Source of the DNA: Gammaproteobacteria bacterium
Lineage (GTDB): Bacteria > Pseudomonadota > Gammaproteobacteria > Coxiellales > Coxiellaceae
Length of the DNA stretch: 64,000 bases
NCBI GenBank assembly: GCA_030429175.1
Contig: JAUIDD010000004.1
Coordinates: 26,349 to 90,348, forward strand
Reading direction: 5' to 3'
Shown here: piece after piece, positions 8,351 to 17,527 of the stretch
How the letters are laid out: every line of letters starts with the position of its first letter
Numbering within the stretch: the stretch's first letter is position 1
The notes under the pieces: generated by a model
What the model was told of the DNA's origin: nothing
What the model saw: only the letters and a program-made list of their open reading frames with translations
The model's database searches: none
Made by a program: the position numbers and the translations under genes

Positions 8351-9668
8351 CGTGTTGTCTCTCCTCGAACGAACGACAATAGGTTTCCTTAACTGCAATA
8401 GCGGTTAGTATACTTAAAATAAACGCAACTGGCATCAATAAAAATGCCACATGATAGGCATGTAACGAATATACCGGCAACCCCTGTACAAAATAATGAT
8501 GCCAATTGAGATCTAATAATTGGGCAAAAATTGGAATTAAAAAGCCACCCGACATAATCAACATTGCAGTAACCCCTTCCGCTGCACCGGTTAATGCTTC
8601 TGGATTACTCTCAGCAACCACTGCATAAGAGATAATCTGCGAACTGATCATAAAGCCAATTAAGAAAAATAAGATTGCAAGCATATGAAAACTTAAGTGC
8701 TGCATATACATTATTGGCAACATTACGATTAAAGAAAGTACTGCACCGATAATCATTGGCAATCGACGCCTTCCCATTGCATCAGAGAGTGCACCAAATG
8801 CTGGCGATCCAAAAATTAACCCAACAAATAACATCGATGTAATAATAGATGCATCTCTGCGCGTAAGACCAAAGATCTGATGTAAATACATCATACCCCA
8901 GCTACCTAAAAGAAATACTGGCAAGTTAACTAATGACGAATATATACCTGCTAGCCAGTTTTGGGTATTCTTCAGTGCTGCAACAATGGTCTTGATCACA
9001 CCCAATTCATTGAGCTGTTGCTGCTGTGTCGCAATTTTTTGTCGATCACCTTTTGGGTAATCACGTACAAATAACACAATTAACATGAGCATCACAAAAC
9101 CAGCCATACTGTCAATTAACAAAGTATGCCGCCATCCATAATGCTGCGTCAAAATCGTAAAGGGTGTTTGCGCGATCATCGCACCTGTCATCGCAAATGT
9201 GACGATCAAACCCACTACTAGCGCCATATGCTTAGGCGGAAACCAGCGTGATGCCAGGCGCACACTACTCAATAAACAAAATGCACCGGCAATGCCCGTC
9301 ATAAAACGACATAACTCACCTTGCCACAGCTCCGTGGTCATCGAGAATAACAACGTAAATACCACACAACAAAGCATCGCCGCTATGATGACACGCTTAG
9401 TTGAAAAACGATCAAGGATAATCCCAGCTGGAAACAAGAAGATGACATTGGCATACATATAATTCGCTGCCAAGTTACCAAGCTGAGTGCTATCGTGAAG
9501 GCGATACGCTTTAAATAAGTCTGGGTCTAACGCGTTAAACATGTTGACCTGCATAAACTCAAAGAAAAAGAATGTCGCGGCAATAAATACAACTACCCAT
9601 GGCTGGATTGCCTGAAAAGCGGTCCGTTGCGTTACGATTACCGACCTCTCGGCCATCAGCTCTGTCAT
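8328..9668 (-). CDS. MFS transporter, Pht (phagosomal transporter)-like, tdk-proximal copy of a tandem pair
   Basis: 446 aa, polytopic, paralogous to 7040-8350. It lies immediately downstream of tdk in the same orientation. Confidence 0.8.
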   Translation of the reverse strand: MTELMAERSVIVTQRTAFQAIQPWVVVFIAATFFFFEFMQVNMFNALDPDLFKAYRLHDSTQLGNLAANYMYANVIFLFPAGIILDRFSTKRVIIAAMLCCVVFTLLFSMTTELWQGELCRFMTGIAGAFCLLSSVRLASRWFPPKHMALVVGLIVTFAMTGAMIAQTPFTILTQHYGWRHTLLIDSMAGFVMLMLIVLFVRDYPKGDRQKIATQQQQLNELGVIKTIVAALKNTQNWLAGIYSSLVNLPVFLLGSWGMMYLHQIFGLTRRDASIITSMLFVGLIFGSPAFGALSDAMGRRRLPMIIGAVLSLIVMLPIMYMQHLSFHMLAILFFLIGFMISSQIISYAVVAESNPEALTGAAEGVTAMLIMSGGFLIPIFAQLLDLNWHHYFVQGLPVYSLHAYHVAFLLMPVAFILSILTAIAVKETYCRSFEERQHDDAKCGD

Positions 9669-9736
9669 ATATCACCATCGCATCAATTGGGACGAAGGCA
9701 TTATACCTTTAGTACAGGAAAAATGTCTAATTATAG

Positions 9737-9883
9737 TTGGTGTCAGATTCGGTGATTCTTTTTTTTATTGTTGTTAATCAGTGAGTTAGCGTCAGAGAAA
9801 TAATGAGTTGGACTAGTGCTTTCTTTGACGCTAACTCACTGATTAACAACAATAAAAAAAAGAATCACCGAATCTGACACCAA
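9737..9883. repeat. 58-bp perfect inverted repeat (arms 9737-9794 and 9826-9883, 31-nt spacer); putative strong hairpin/terminator or MITE-like element
   Basis: The arms are exact reverse complements (TTGGTGTCAGATTCGGTGATTCTTTTTTTTATTGTTGTTAATCAGTGAGTTAGCGTCA). The right arm overlaps the last 6 codons and the stop of tdk. Confidence 0.9.
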
Positions 9884-10485
9884 TTTGATTCAACAGATTT
9901 TCCAGAGCAAGCCTTACCTAAGCGATAGTGGCGGCGGCAGACTGAAACATAGCGATCATTACCACCGATCTCGACTTGGCTACCTTCACGCACAGGTTGA
10001 CTATTTTCATCGATACGCATATTCATCGTGGCCTTGCGCCCACAGTGACAGATAGTTTTAATCTCTATCAGTTGATCAGCCCAGGCCAACAGATAAAGGC
10101 TGCCTGGAAATGGCTCACCCTGAAAATCAGAACGCAAGCCGTAAGCCAATACTGGGATATTCATATCATCAGTGATCTGACAAAGGTCATATACTTGTTC
10201 TTTAGATAAGAACTGTGCTTCATCAATCAAAATGCACTTAATGTTAGGGTTTTTAAGGCATTGTGCACGAACGTCGGCGAAAATGTTGCTATATTTGGTG
10301 AAAACAATAGCATCTGACTGTAACCCGATGCGCGAGGTTGCCACGCCTTCACCATAGCGATCATCAATCGCCGGGGTGAAGATCAGCGTGTCCATACCAC
10401 GCTCTTGATAGTTGTAACTTGATTGCAGCAGTGTCGTCGTCTTCCCTGCATTCATCGCCGAATAATAAAAATGAATCTTTGCCAC
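9865..10485 (-). CDS. tdk: thymidine kinase
   Basis: 206 aa. The P-loop is [12 protein letters not shown], followed by ILIDEAQF and the C-terminal zinc-ribbon-like CHCGRKA...VCRRHY. The extreme C-terminus ([10 protein letters not shown]) is encoded by the inverted-repeat arm. Confidence 0.93.
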   Translation of the reverse strand: MAKIHFYYSAMNAGKTTTLLQSSYNYQERGMDTLIFTPAIDDRYGEGVATSRIGLQSDAIVFTKYSNIFADVRAQCLKNPNIKCILIDEAQFLSKEQVYDLCQITDDMNIPVLAYGLRSDFQGEPFPGSLYLLAWADQLIEIKTICHCGRKATMNMRIDENSQPVREGSQVEIGGNDRYVSVCRRHYRLGKACSGKSVESNWCQIR

Positions 10486-10579
10486 TGGACTTCCCTAGCT
10501 TTGTCTGGAGTAGCAACGATTGTACTACCTAACCATAGTTATTTCTATTAGACTATCGGGCATAACATGGAGGAGTCAT

Positions 10580-12001
10580 ATGAATATATTTTCTTTTCGC
10601 AATCACGGTTTAACTCTTGTTATTGATGATCAACTGTTTCCAGCATCACTGATACTTCAGTATATTCAAAATGCAGCAGGATGGCTGCTTGAAAACAATA
10701 TTAATACCATCGGCATTTATGCTAATCGCAGCCTGGAAACGTACATAGGTATCTTTGCCGCTTTTTATGCGGGCGTAACTTATGTACCATTATTGCCAAA
10801 ACTACCACAACAAAAATTAAATGCGACTGTTGACGCTGCAAACATCGATGCCATATTTTTCGATCAAGCACATGCTGACACTTGCGAGGCTACATTTAAA
10901 CGTACTGCAGTCAATCCTTTAGATACAATGTTCTACACAAAGCCGCCTCAAGATTTAGATCCGAATGCTTTAGCCTATATTTTATTTACTTCAGGCTCGA
11001 CCGGCACCCCCAAAGGTATTCCCGTACGATATGCCAATCTCGCGCATTATATTGAAACAACACAAGCGCGTTATCAATTTAATCAAAACGATCGCTTCTC
11101 ACAGTTTAACGAAATTACTTTTGATTTATCGATGTTTGACTTAATGATGTCTTGGCAGGCACATGCCACATTAGCCGTCGTGCCAGAAACACAATTATTT
11201 GCACCGGCACGTTTTATTCATGATCAACAGATTAGCGTTTGGGTATCGGCACCATCAGTGATTGGTTTTTGTCATAAATTACGCATGCTAACTCATGATA
11301 ATTTATCTTCATTGCGTTATTCTATTTTTTGTGGCGAAGCACTCACAACCAAACTTGCCTATGCCTGGCAACACTGTACACCTAATGGTGTCGTTGAAAA
11401 TTTATATGGACCGGCTGAAGCAACTATTAGTGTCACATCTTTTCGTGTAGGACCTTGTGATAGTGAACAACAGTTTGTTAGCATTGGCAAACCACATGCT
11501 GGCATGTTAACAATGATAAAGGATGAAGAACTTTTATTAGCAGGACCGCAAGTGATTGACCATTATTTAAATCGACCTGAGCTTGATCAAAAACAATTTA
11601 TCACCCTTACACATTCAGAATATGGTGAACAACGCTGGTATAAAACGGGTGACAAATGTCGTATTGATAACACGGGCAATTTACACTTTCTTGGCCGACT
11701 TGATCATCAATGTAAAATTAATGGCCATCGTGTTGAACTCGAAGAAATTGAATTGCATCTACGCCAAATAACGGGCTGTGACTATGCCTATGCGTTAGCA
11801 ATTCCGAAACAAGATGGCACCGGTGTGATGCTAGTAGCAATGATTTCAGCACAACATATCGATGTGGCACACATTCGCAAACAATTACAATTACGTGTGC
11901 CACACTATATGGTTCCACAAAAAATCACCCGGCTTGATAGCATACCGCACACCATTCATGGTAAAGTGGACCGCCGTCAACTAATGGAACTCATACAGTA
12001 A
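10580..12001 (+). CDS. DltA-like adenylation enzyme (amino acid--carrier protein ligase)
   Basis: The GGAGG RBS lies upstream of the ATG at 10580. Adenylation cores are present: LFTSGSTGTPKGIPV, FDLSMFD, LYGPAEAT, YKTGD, GRLDHQCKINGHRVELEEIE and HGKVDR. There is no C, T or TE domain. Confidence 0.8.
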   Translation: MNIFSFRNHGLTLVIDDQLFPASLILQYIQNAAGWLLENNINTIGIYANRSLETYIGIFAAFYAGVTYVPLLPKLPQQKLNATVDAANIDAIFFDQAHADTCEATFKRTAVNPLDTMFYTKPPQDLDPNALAYILFTSGSTGTPKGIPVRYANLAHYIETTQARYQFNQNDRFSQFNEITFDLSMFDLMMSWQAHATLAVVPETQLFAPARFIHDQQISVWVSAPSVIGFCHKLRMLTHDNLSSLRYSIFCGEALTTKLAYAWQHCTPNGVVENLYGPAEATISVTSFRVGPCDSEQQFVSIGKPHAGMLTMIKDEELLLAGPQVIDHYLNRPELDQKQFITLTHSEYGEQRWYKTGDKCRIDNTGNLHFLGRLDHQCKINGHRVELEEIELHLRQITGCDYAYALAIPKQDGTGVMLVAMISAQHIDVAHIRKQLQLRVPHYMVPQKITRLDSIPHTIHGKVDRRQLMELIQ

Positions 12002-13389
12002 TGCTGATTGCCAGGCATTGGAATACAATTTTCGAACAACCCTCACTGCAACAGTTTGCACAAACGCGCTTAGGCAAGATCACTCTTATTAGTTTGATGA
12101 CACTAGCACTAATTATTTATCATCAAGTTGGTTTAACTTGGTGGCCAATTATTGCTTTACCTGGGCAATACCAAGGCCTATTACGTTGGCCATTTGTAAC
12201 AGCAGCGATTACCACCACCACTTTTTTACCTCAATACAGACGTGCTATTGTTGCACTTATGGGTATTATCAGTTTGGCAACTTTGCCCTGGTTTCAATGG
12301 AAAGCGTTACCACAATTAACCATTAACCATGGACTTGTAATGGCTTGTGTATTTTCAGCCATTGGAGTATTTATACTTGCAGTGAAACATCTCAATATAC
12401 AAAAACCCGTTGCACTGTTACTTGGATTGACATTTACACTCATTATCATTGCCTCTTATACGCATGCTATGTATTTATGGGCAAGCTTTATCGTTTTATC
12501 AGCGCTATTATGGTTTGTATGTTATAGCTTGCAAACAAAATCTTTCAAAAATATATTTTTTTATTTACCCTTCTGGGGTAGCACTACCACACCACTACCC
12601 AAAGGCAATCAATATTTAGATCATATCGAAGCAAAAAATGCAGCAGCATTAGCCAAATCGCAACTCGAAGGTATAAAATTAATTTACTGGTCACTATGTA
12701 TGGCTGCATGTATTGGACTGCTATATAAAGCTTATTTATATTTTGATATTCCAAAATTATCCGACGCTTTTGCACGCTTAAACACAAACCATCCCTGTCT
12801 ATGGTATCAAGCATGGGCAGCAGTACTAGAACAATTTGGTTTTGAGCTGTTTGCAATTGCGATGTATAGCCATCTTGCCATTGGCCTATGTCGCATGACC
12901 GGCTTTAACGCTCAACGCAATATGGACAGCCCATTAACTGCAACTACGATCACCGACTTTTGGAATCGTTATTATTTTTATTTCAAAGAACTCTTAGTCG
13001 AATTTTTCTTTTATCCAACCTACTTTCGCTACTTTAAAAAACACCCGCGCCTGCGCATTTTTTGCGCCACAATGATGGCTGCCTGTGTGGGCAATATACT
13101 ATTTCACTTGCTTGCTGAACCAAAATATCTTATTCAATATGGTCTTTGGGGTGCGCTCAAACGTTTTCAGGTTTATCTTTTTTATGCGTTTATCTTGGGG
13201 CTTGCGATTAGCATTTCACAATTACGAAAAGTGAAAAAGAAAACACAAGCACATCCACTGCAACGTTATGTACTTGCACCTATGACTGTTATCGGTTTTT
13301 ATTGTATAATGACCGTTTTTAATCGACCTTATCAATCTTTCGATTTAAAACAAAATTTATTATTTTTAGTGAGCATGTTTCATCTATGA
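12001..13389 (+). CDS. MBOAT-family membrane O-acyltransferase (DltB/AlgI-like)
   Basis: 462 aa, polytopic. The region ...YSHLAIGLCRMTGFNAQRNMDSPLTATTITDFWNRYYFYFKELLVEFFFYP resembles the MBOAT catalytic-His/FWRRWH region. The start overlaps the upstream stop (TAATG). Confidence 0.7.
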   Translation: MLIARHWNTIFEQPSLQQFAQTRLGKITLISLMTLALIIYHQVGLTWWPIIALPGQYQGLLRWPFVTAAITTTTFLPQYRRAIVALMGIISLATLPWFQWKALPQLTINHGLVMACVFSAIGVFILAVKHLNIQKPVALLLGLTFTLIIIASYTHAMYLWASFIVLSALLWFVCYSLQTKSFKNIFFYLPFWGSTTTPLPKGNQYLDHIEAKNAAALAKSQLEGIKLIYWSLCMAACIGLLYKAYLYFDIPKLSDAFARLNTNHPCLWYQAWAAVLEQFGFELFAIAMYSHLAIGLCRMTGFNAQRNMDSPLTATTITDFWNRYYFYFKELLVEFFFYPTYFRYFKKHPRLRIFCATMMAACVGNILFHLLAEPKYLIQYGLWGALKRFQVYLFYAFILGLAISISQLRKVKKKTQAHPLQRYVLAPMTVIGFYCIMTVFNRPYQSFDLKQNLLFLVSMFHL

Positions 13390-13622
13390 ATACTGAACAA
13401 CAAGTCAAAGACATCGTACAGCAAACCGTTGCCGACATTGATCCCAACATTCACATCGACAATACTACATCACTCGTGGTGAGTGGCTTGTTAAGCTCTT
13501 TACAAATAATAGATCTTGCTTCAACCCTCGAAGCTAAATTTGGCCTTGATTTTGCTGTACGTGGCTTTAATCAATATGACTTCGAAAATATTAACAGTAT
13601 TATAAATATGTTAGAATCATAA
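13386..13622 (+). CDS. small acyl/peptidyl carrier protein (DltC-like)
   Basis: 78 aa, acidic. VVSGLLSSLQIIDLASTLEAKFG resembles a phosphopantetheine-attachment helix. It has an ATGA overlap with the MBOAT gene. Confidence 0.65.
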   Translation: MNTEQQVKDIVQQTVADIDPNIHIDNTTSLVVSGLLSSLQIIDLASTLEAKFGLDFAVRGFNQYDFENINSIINMLES

Positions 13623-13718
13623 TGACGCATACCTAAAAAACACACAATCCCGCATCTAGTAGACCAGGCACGATTCTGCTAAAATACCTGATCCATTATT
13701 AGTCTACTTGAGGTTCTA

Positions 13719-14198
13719 ATGCGTTATTTTTTTTCATTACTTACATGTCTTTTATGTACAGGTGTCTTAGCCGTACCACTTGCCAATACACCGAAACCCA
13801 ATGTAATGCACTGCCCAACCATTGCTAAGATTTATCATAGCCAGCAAAATCACTGGGGCACGTCTGATGCGTCATTTCGTAGTCTAGATACTTCGTTCTC
13901 TCATCATCTCGACACTTTTTTAGGCGCACAGTGGCAAGGCATTAATGTCGGATATATTTTATGTGTCTATAAACCAGTAGAGCGCAACTTGTTTAAAGTG
14001 ACGTTACTCTATGGACCACTAACACTACAACCCACCAGTCAAAAATGGCAGAAAAATAAAGAGGGCAATTACAACTGCATTTCCACTAACGTAAATGACT
14101 GTCCTTTTACACCAAAACCAGCAGAAAAAAGCACCAAAAGCCTTTATCAACAAGTGTTAGATGTAAACTCGGGTACGAATGATAATGCAGGTTTTTAA
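13719..14198 (+). CDS. secreted hypothetical protein
   Basis: The N-terminal signal peptide is MRYFFSLLTCLLCTGVLAVPLA. Several Cys residues are present. No family recognised. Confidence 0.6.
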   Translation: MRYFFSLLTCLLCTGVLAVPLANTPKPNVMHCPTIAKIYHSQQNHWGTSDASFRSLDTSFSHHLDTFLGAQWQGINVGYILCVYKPVERNLFKVTLLYGPLTLQPTSQKWQKNKEGNYNCISTNVNDCPFTPKPAEKSTKSLYQQVLDVNSGTNDNAGF

Positions 14199-15078
14199 TT
14201 TTATTCGTGGCAGCATTGCCACCCTACTCATCATTATTAACATGCTGGTGCATGCAACTTTAACGCTTATCTTTGGATTATTACTCTGGCCCATTCTTAA
14301 CAACACAAAAGTATCTGCTTGTGCACAGAGTTTTGTATTGCAGATTCCACGCTCATGGTCCTACTTTAATTTTATGATTTTTCAAATGAGTTCTTTTGGC
14401 AAATGGGATATTCAAGGTAATGTCACTTTAAGTCGTGACCAGTGGTATATCCTTGTTTCTAACCATCAATCCTGGGTCGATATTCTTATTTTAGGCGGTT
14501 TTTTCTGCAATAAAATTCCACCGATTAAATTTTTCATGAAAAAAGAATTACTCTGGACTTTACCTATTGCGGGTCTGTGTTGTTATTTACTGGGTTATCC
14601 GATGATGGAACGTCATTCACGTGCCGACATTCGCAAAAACCCAGCGCTTAAGGGCAAAGATATTGAAACCACCAAAGCTGCGTGCCAAAAATTTAAATTA
14701 CTACCCACTACTGTGATTAACTTTGTTGAAGGCACACGCTTTACCCAAGCAAAACATGATAAACAAGGCGCTCCATTTAAGCATTTACTCAAGCCCAAAG
14801 CTGCTGGCACTGCGATTGTAATCAATGAAATGGTCGATTGCCTTGCGGGCATACTTAACGTTACAGTTAACTATGATATCGAAAAAATCACCTTCTTTAA
14901 CATCTTAAGCGGTAACTTCAAAAAAATATCGCTGCGTTATGAGCTACTACCCATTCCTGAAGATGTACTTGGTAATTACTTCGAAGATCGCCAATACCGC
15001 AGTCGTTTTCAGCGCTGGCTTAATAACCTTTGGGAAGGCAAAGACCAACTACTCGATGAGCTCGACAATAATGCCTAA
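14179..15078 (+). CDS. yihG: lysophospholipid acyltransferase, PlsC family (YihG-like)
   Basis: Contains the HX4D motif NHQSWVDILIL, plus VINFVEGTRFT, LKPKAAG and C-terminal FQRWLNNLWEGKDQLL. Colinear with my recollection of E. coli YihG. The start could be 14179 or 14185. Confidence 0.7.
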   Translation: MIMQVFNFIRGSIATLLIIINMLVHATLTLIFGLLLWPILNNTKVSACAQSFVLQIPRSWSYFNFMIFQMSSFGKWDIQGNVTLSRDQWYILVSNHQSWVDILILGGFFCNKIPPIKFFMKKELLWTLPIAGLCCYLLGYPMMERHSRADIRKNPALKGKDIETTKAACQKFKLLPTTVINFVEGTRFTQAKHDKQGAPFKHLLKPKAAGTAIVINEMVDCLAGILNVTVNYDIEKITFFNILSGNFKKISLRYELLPIPEDVLGNYFEDRQYRSRFQRWLNNLWEGKDQLLDELDNNA

Positions 15079-15973
15079 TACGCTACGTATAGCCACACGC
15101 CAAAGTGCGCTTGCCTTATGGCAAGCAGCGCATGTAAAACAGCACCTACAAACGCTACACCCCGATCTTAATATTGAACTGGTCAAAATAACGAGTGATG
15201 GCGATAAAGATCTCACACGTCCTCTGGCCGAAATCGGCGGCAAAGATTTATTTGTCAAAAAATTACAACAAGCCATACTCGACAACAAAGCCGATATTGC
15301 CGTGCACTGCATTAAAGATATGTCAGTGCATCATCACCCTGAATTAGTTCTTGGCGCCATATTAAAACGCGGCAACCCTTATGATGTTGTTGTATCACGC
15401 CACTCTAGCTTAGAAACAGTCGCTGTTATTGGCACTGCAAGTCCACGTCGCCAATCCCTAATTCGCGCACTTTATCCAGACTGCCAAACTCAATTGATAC
15501 GCGGCAATGTAAACACACGTCTCGCTAAACTCGATGATGGCGCATATGATGCGATTATTCTTGCAGCAGCTGGGCTGATTCGCTTAGGCCTTGAAAACCG
15601 TGTGAGTCACTATCTGCCACAAGATGTTTTTACACCAGCAATTGGTCAAGGCGCGCTTGGTATTGAGTGTAAAAAAAATAATGCAGAACTGATTGCATTC
15701 CTACAACCCTTACACGATCAAACAACTGCGTATTGTATCGATGCAGAAAAGGCGGTAAACCAAAAATTAAATGGCAGCTGCTTTACGCCAATGGGTGCGT
15801 ATGCAACTATCAATAATAATCAACTTAACCTGAGTGCCTTTGTCGGTAGCCTCGATGGTAAAACAATTTTACGTAGCAAAGCCTCTGGCAGCCCTCTTGA
15901 TGCGATTAGGATTGGCACACGAGCTGCAAACGACTTAATCGATCAAGGTGCTTTAGATTTATTACGCGTATAA
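15071..15973 (+). CDS. hemC: porphobilinogen deaminase (hydroxymethylbilane synthase)
   Basis: The start is MPNTLRIATRQSALALWQA (ATG at 15071, overlapping the upstream stop). It also has GGKDLFVKKLQ, TRLAKLDDGAYDAIILAAAGL and the cofactor-Cys region NGSCFTPMGA. Confidence 0.93.
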   Translation: MPNTLRIATRQSALALWQAAHVKQHLQTLHPDLNIELVKITSDGDKDLTRPLAEIGGKDLFVKKLQQAILDNKADIAVHCIKDMSVHHHPELVLGAILKRGNPYDVVVSRHSSLETVAVIGTASPRRQSLIRALYPDCQTQLIRGNVNTRLAKLDDGAYDAIILAAAGLIRLGLENRVSHYLPQDVFTPAIGQGALGIECKKNNAELIAFLQPLHDQTTAYCIDAEKAVNQKLNGSCFTPMGAYATINNNQLNLSAFVGSLDGKTILRSKASGSPLDAIRIGTRAANDLIDQGALDLLRV

Positions 15974-16007
15974 ACATTTAGGTGCCTGGCACCAAAAGGT
16001 TGATAGT

Positions 16008-16679
16008 TTAGGAGAGCTCGCGGCGGGCGAAGCGATACTGCTGAATAAAGTTAGGCGTCATACCAAACACATAAAAGATTAATACCAACTTCATAAAAAA
16101 GCCTGACTCTAAATGCAGTGCTGTTGCTATGTTAAGTGCTATCGGGTTTGATAGGTGTTGCATGATATTAAAATGTGGATAAAGGTAAGAAAAGACCATC
16201 ACTAATGTCATCAACAAAAATTCACCGCCACCTGAGAAACGTGTCAAGTACATCTTGCCAGTATGGTTTTGCACGATAAACACAACTGTGCATAAAGTGA
16301 AGCGGCATAAAATAACAAAAATATAAAATGGATATAGTAAATCAAACTTCAATATAAACACCGAAAACATAAAAATGAAAAAGACATTATCAAGATAATG
16401 ATCGAGAAACCCACCAAACTCCGAAGACTGACCTGAAATCCGCGCATGCATCCCATCTAAGGCATCAAAAATAAACCAACAAAAATTAAAAAATGCCCAG
16501 TATAAATAAGCCACTGGTGACTTTATAAAATAAAGACAGGCACAAGACACCAGCGAAAACATAAATGCTACAAAAGTAATTTGATTTGGCCGAATTGATG
16601 TAGGAATTAATTTCGCAACATCTTGCAACATATAGTAGGTAAAACGATAAATCACATCGTAATATCCATCAGTTGGCAT
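16008..16679 (-). CDS. CDP-alcohol phosphatidyltransferase family protein
   Basis: Carries the signature D-x2-DG-x2-AR-x8-G-x3-D-x3-D as DALDGMHARISGQSSEFGGFLDHYLD. Polytopic. The start is set at MPTDGYY (GGAAGGAAG RBS upstream) rather than the longer tracked ORF. Confidence 0.8.
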   Translation of the reverse strand: MPTDGYYDVIYRFTYYMLQDVAKLIPTSIRPNQITFVAFMFSLVSCACLYFIKSPVAYLYWAFFNFCWFIFDALDGMHARISGQSSEFGGFLDHYLDNVFFIFMFSVFILKFDLLYPFYIFVILCRFTLCTVVFIVQNHTGKMYLTRFSGGGEFLLMTLVMVFSYLYPHFNIMQHLSNPIALNIATALHLESGFFMKLVLIFYVFGMTPNFIQQYRFARRELS

Positions 16680-16701
16680 GCCTGAAACTTCCTTCCCCAC
16701 T

Positions 16702-17427
16702 TTATACCTCCATTTGTGTTTTTTTAGAAAATAATCGCTCTGCACGTTGTAAGTGATCGACATTGTCAATCTCGCTCCACACCAAATCGCTTACGAATTG
16801 GCAATGCAATGGCCTCTGCTTAGTTAAAGCAATCCAAGCATCTTCATCATAATAGCCATCACGTAATAATTTTATATCACGATCAGCTAATGCCACTAAC
16901 GTTTCAAATGCTTGTTTACTTAATCGCGTCAACCCAACAAACTCGCCTAAAATAGGCGCATTTAACTGTGAACGTTGCTTGCTCAAATTTACTAATTGAC
17001 GATGTTCGTCTACCTCAACATAAACTTCATCACCCGATTGTGTCGGACCACTAACTAAAATCACATCTGCTGAAGGTGTATGTAATAAATTGGTAATCGC
17101 ACGAGGTTCATAAATAATATCTGATTCAATAACCAAACAACTATCTTGAACCCAATCACGTGCTAAATATAAAGAATAAAAATTTGAATAGGTGGCAAAC
17201 TGAGCATTATAAATCGTCTTAAACAACTTTGTTTTTGCCGCCAATACATCATAATGTTCATGACCATAACCTGTCACCACTAAAATATCATCGATACCTT
17301 GCGCGCGTAGCGCCTCTAGTGAATACATGATTAGTGGCTTGTGGTCAATCTGAATAAAACCTTTGGGTAGCGCATGAAAATCACGAATACGCGTCCCCTG
17401 TCCCGCGGCTAAAATAACAGCCTGCAT
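16702..17427 (-). CDS. LicC-like nucleotidyltransferase (CTP:phospho-alcohol/phosphonate cytidylyltransferase)
   Basis: Starts MQAVILAAGQGTRIR...LPKGFIQIDHKPLI and contains YSNFYSLYLA. This closely resembles my recollection of LicC (..AIILAAGLGTRLR.., YNNFYSLYL). Confidence 0.7.
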   Translation of the reverse strand: MQAVILAAGQGTRIRDFHALPKGFIQIDHKPLIMYSLEALRAQGIDDILVVTGYGHEHYDVLAAKTKLFKTIYNAQFATYSNFYSLYLARDWVQDSCLVIESDIIYEPRAITNLLHTPSADVILVSGPTQSGDEVYVEVDEHRQLVNLSKQRSQLNAPILGEFVGLTRLSKQAFETLVALADRDIKLLRDGYYDEDAWIALTKQRPLHCQFVSDLVWSEIDNVDHLQRAERLFSKKTQMEV

Positions 17428-17527
17428 AGCTTGTCCTTAATAACTATAAATGTATGTAATCATAGCGGCTATTCAGCAAAAACTCCAGGTGAATAAAGAT
17501 TGAACCGAAAGGGTTTTCACTTTAATA

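Noticed and set aside
14179-15078. Idea that the acyltransferase downstream of the Dlt-like module is an AlmG-like lipid A aminoacyl transferase
   Set aside because: The protein is colinear with my recollection of housekeeping YihG (NHxSWxD, VNFVEGxRFT, LxPKAAG, WLNxLWxxKDxLL). It is also translationally linked to hemC, so a dedicated role in the Dlt-like pathway is unsupported.
15981-15993. GGTGCC-T-GGCACC palindrome between convergent hemC and the CDP-alcohol transferase gene as a bidirectional terminator
   Set aside because: The usable stem is only ~4-5 bp and there is no flanking T-run on either strand. Too weak to call.
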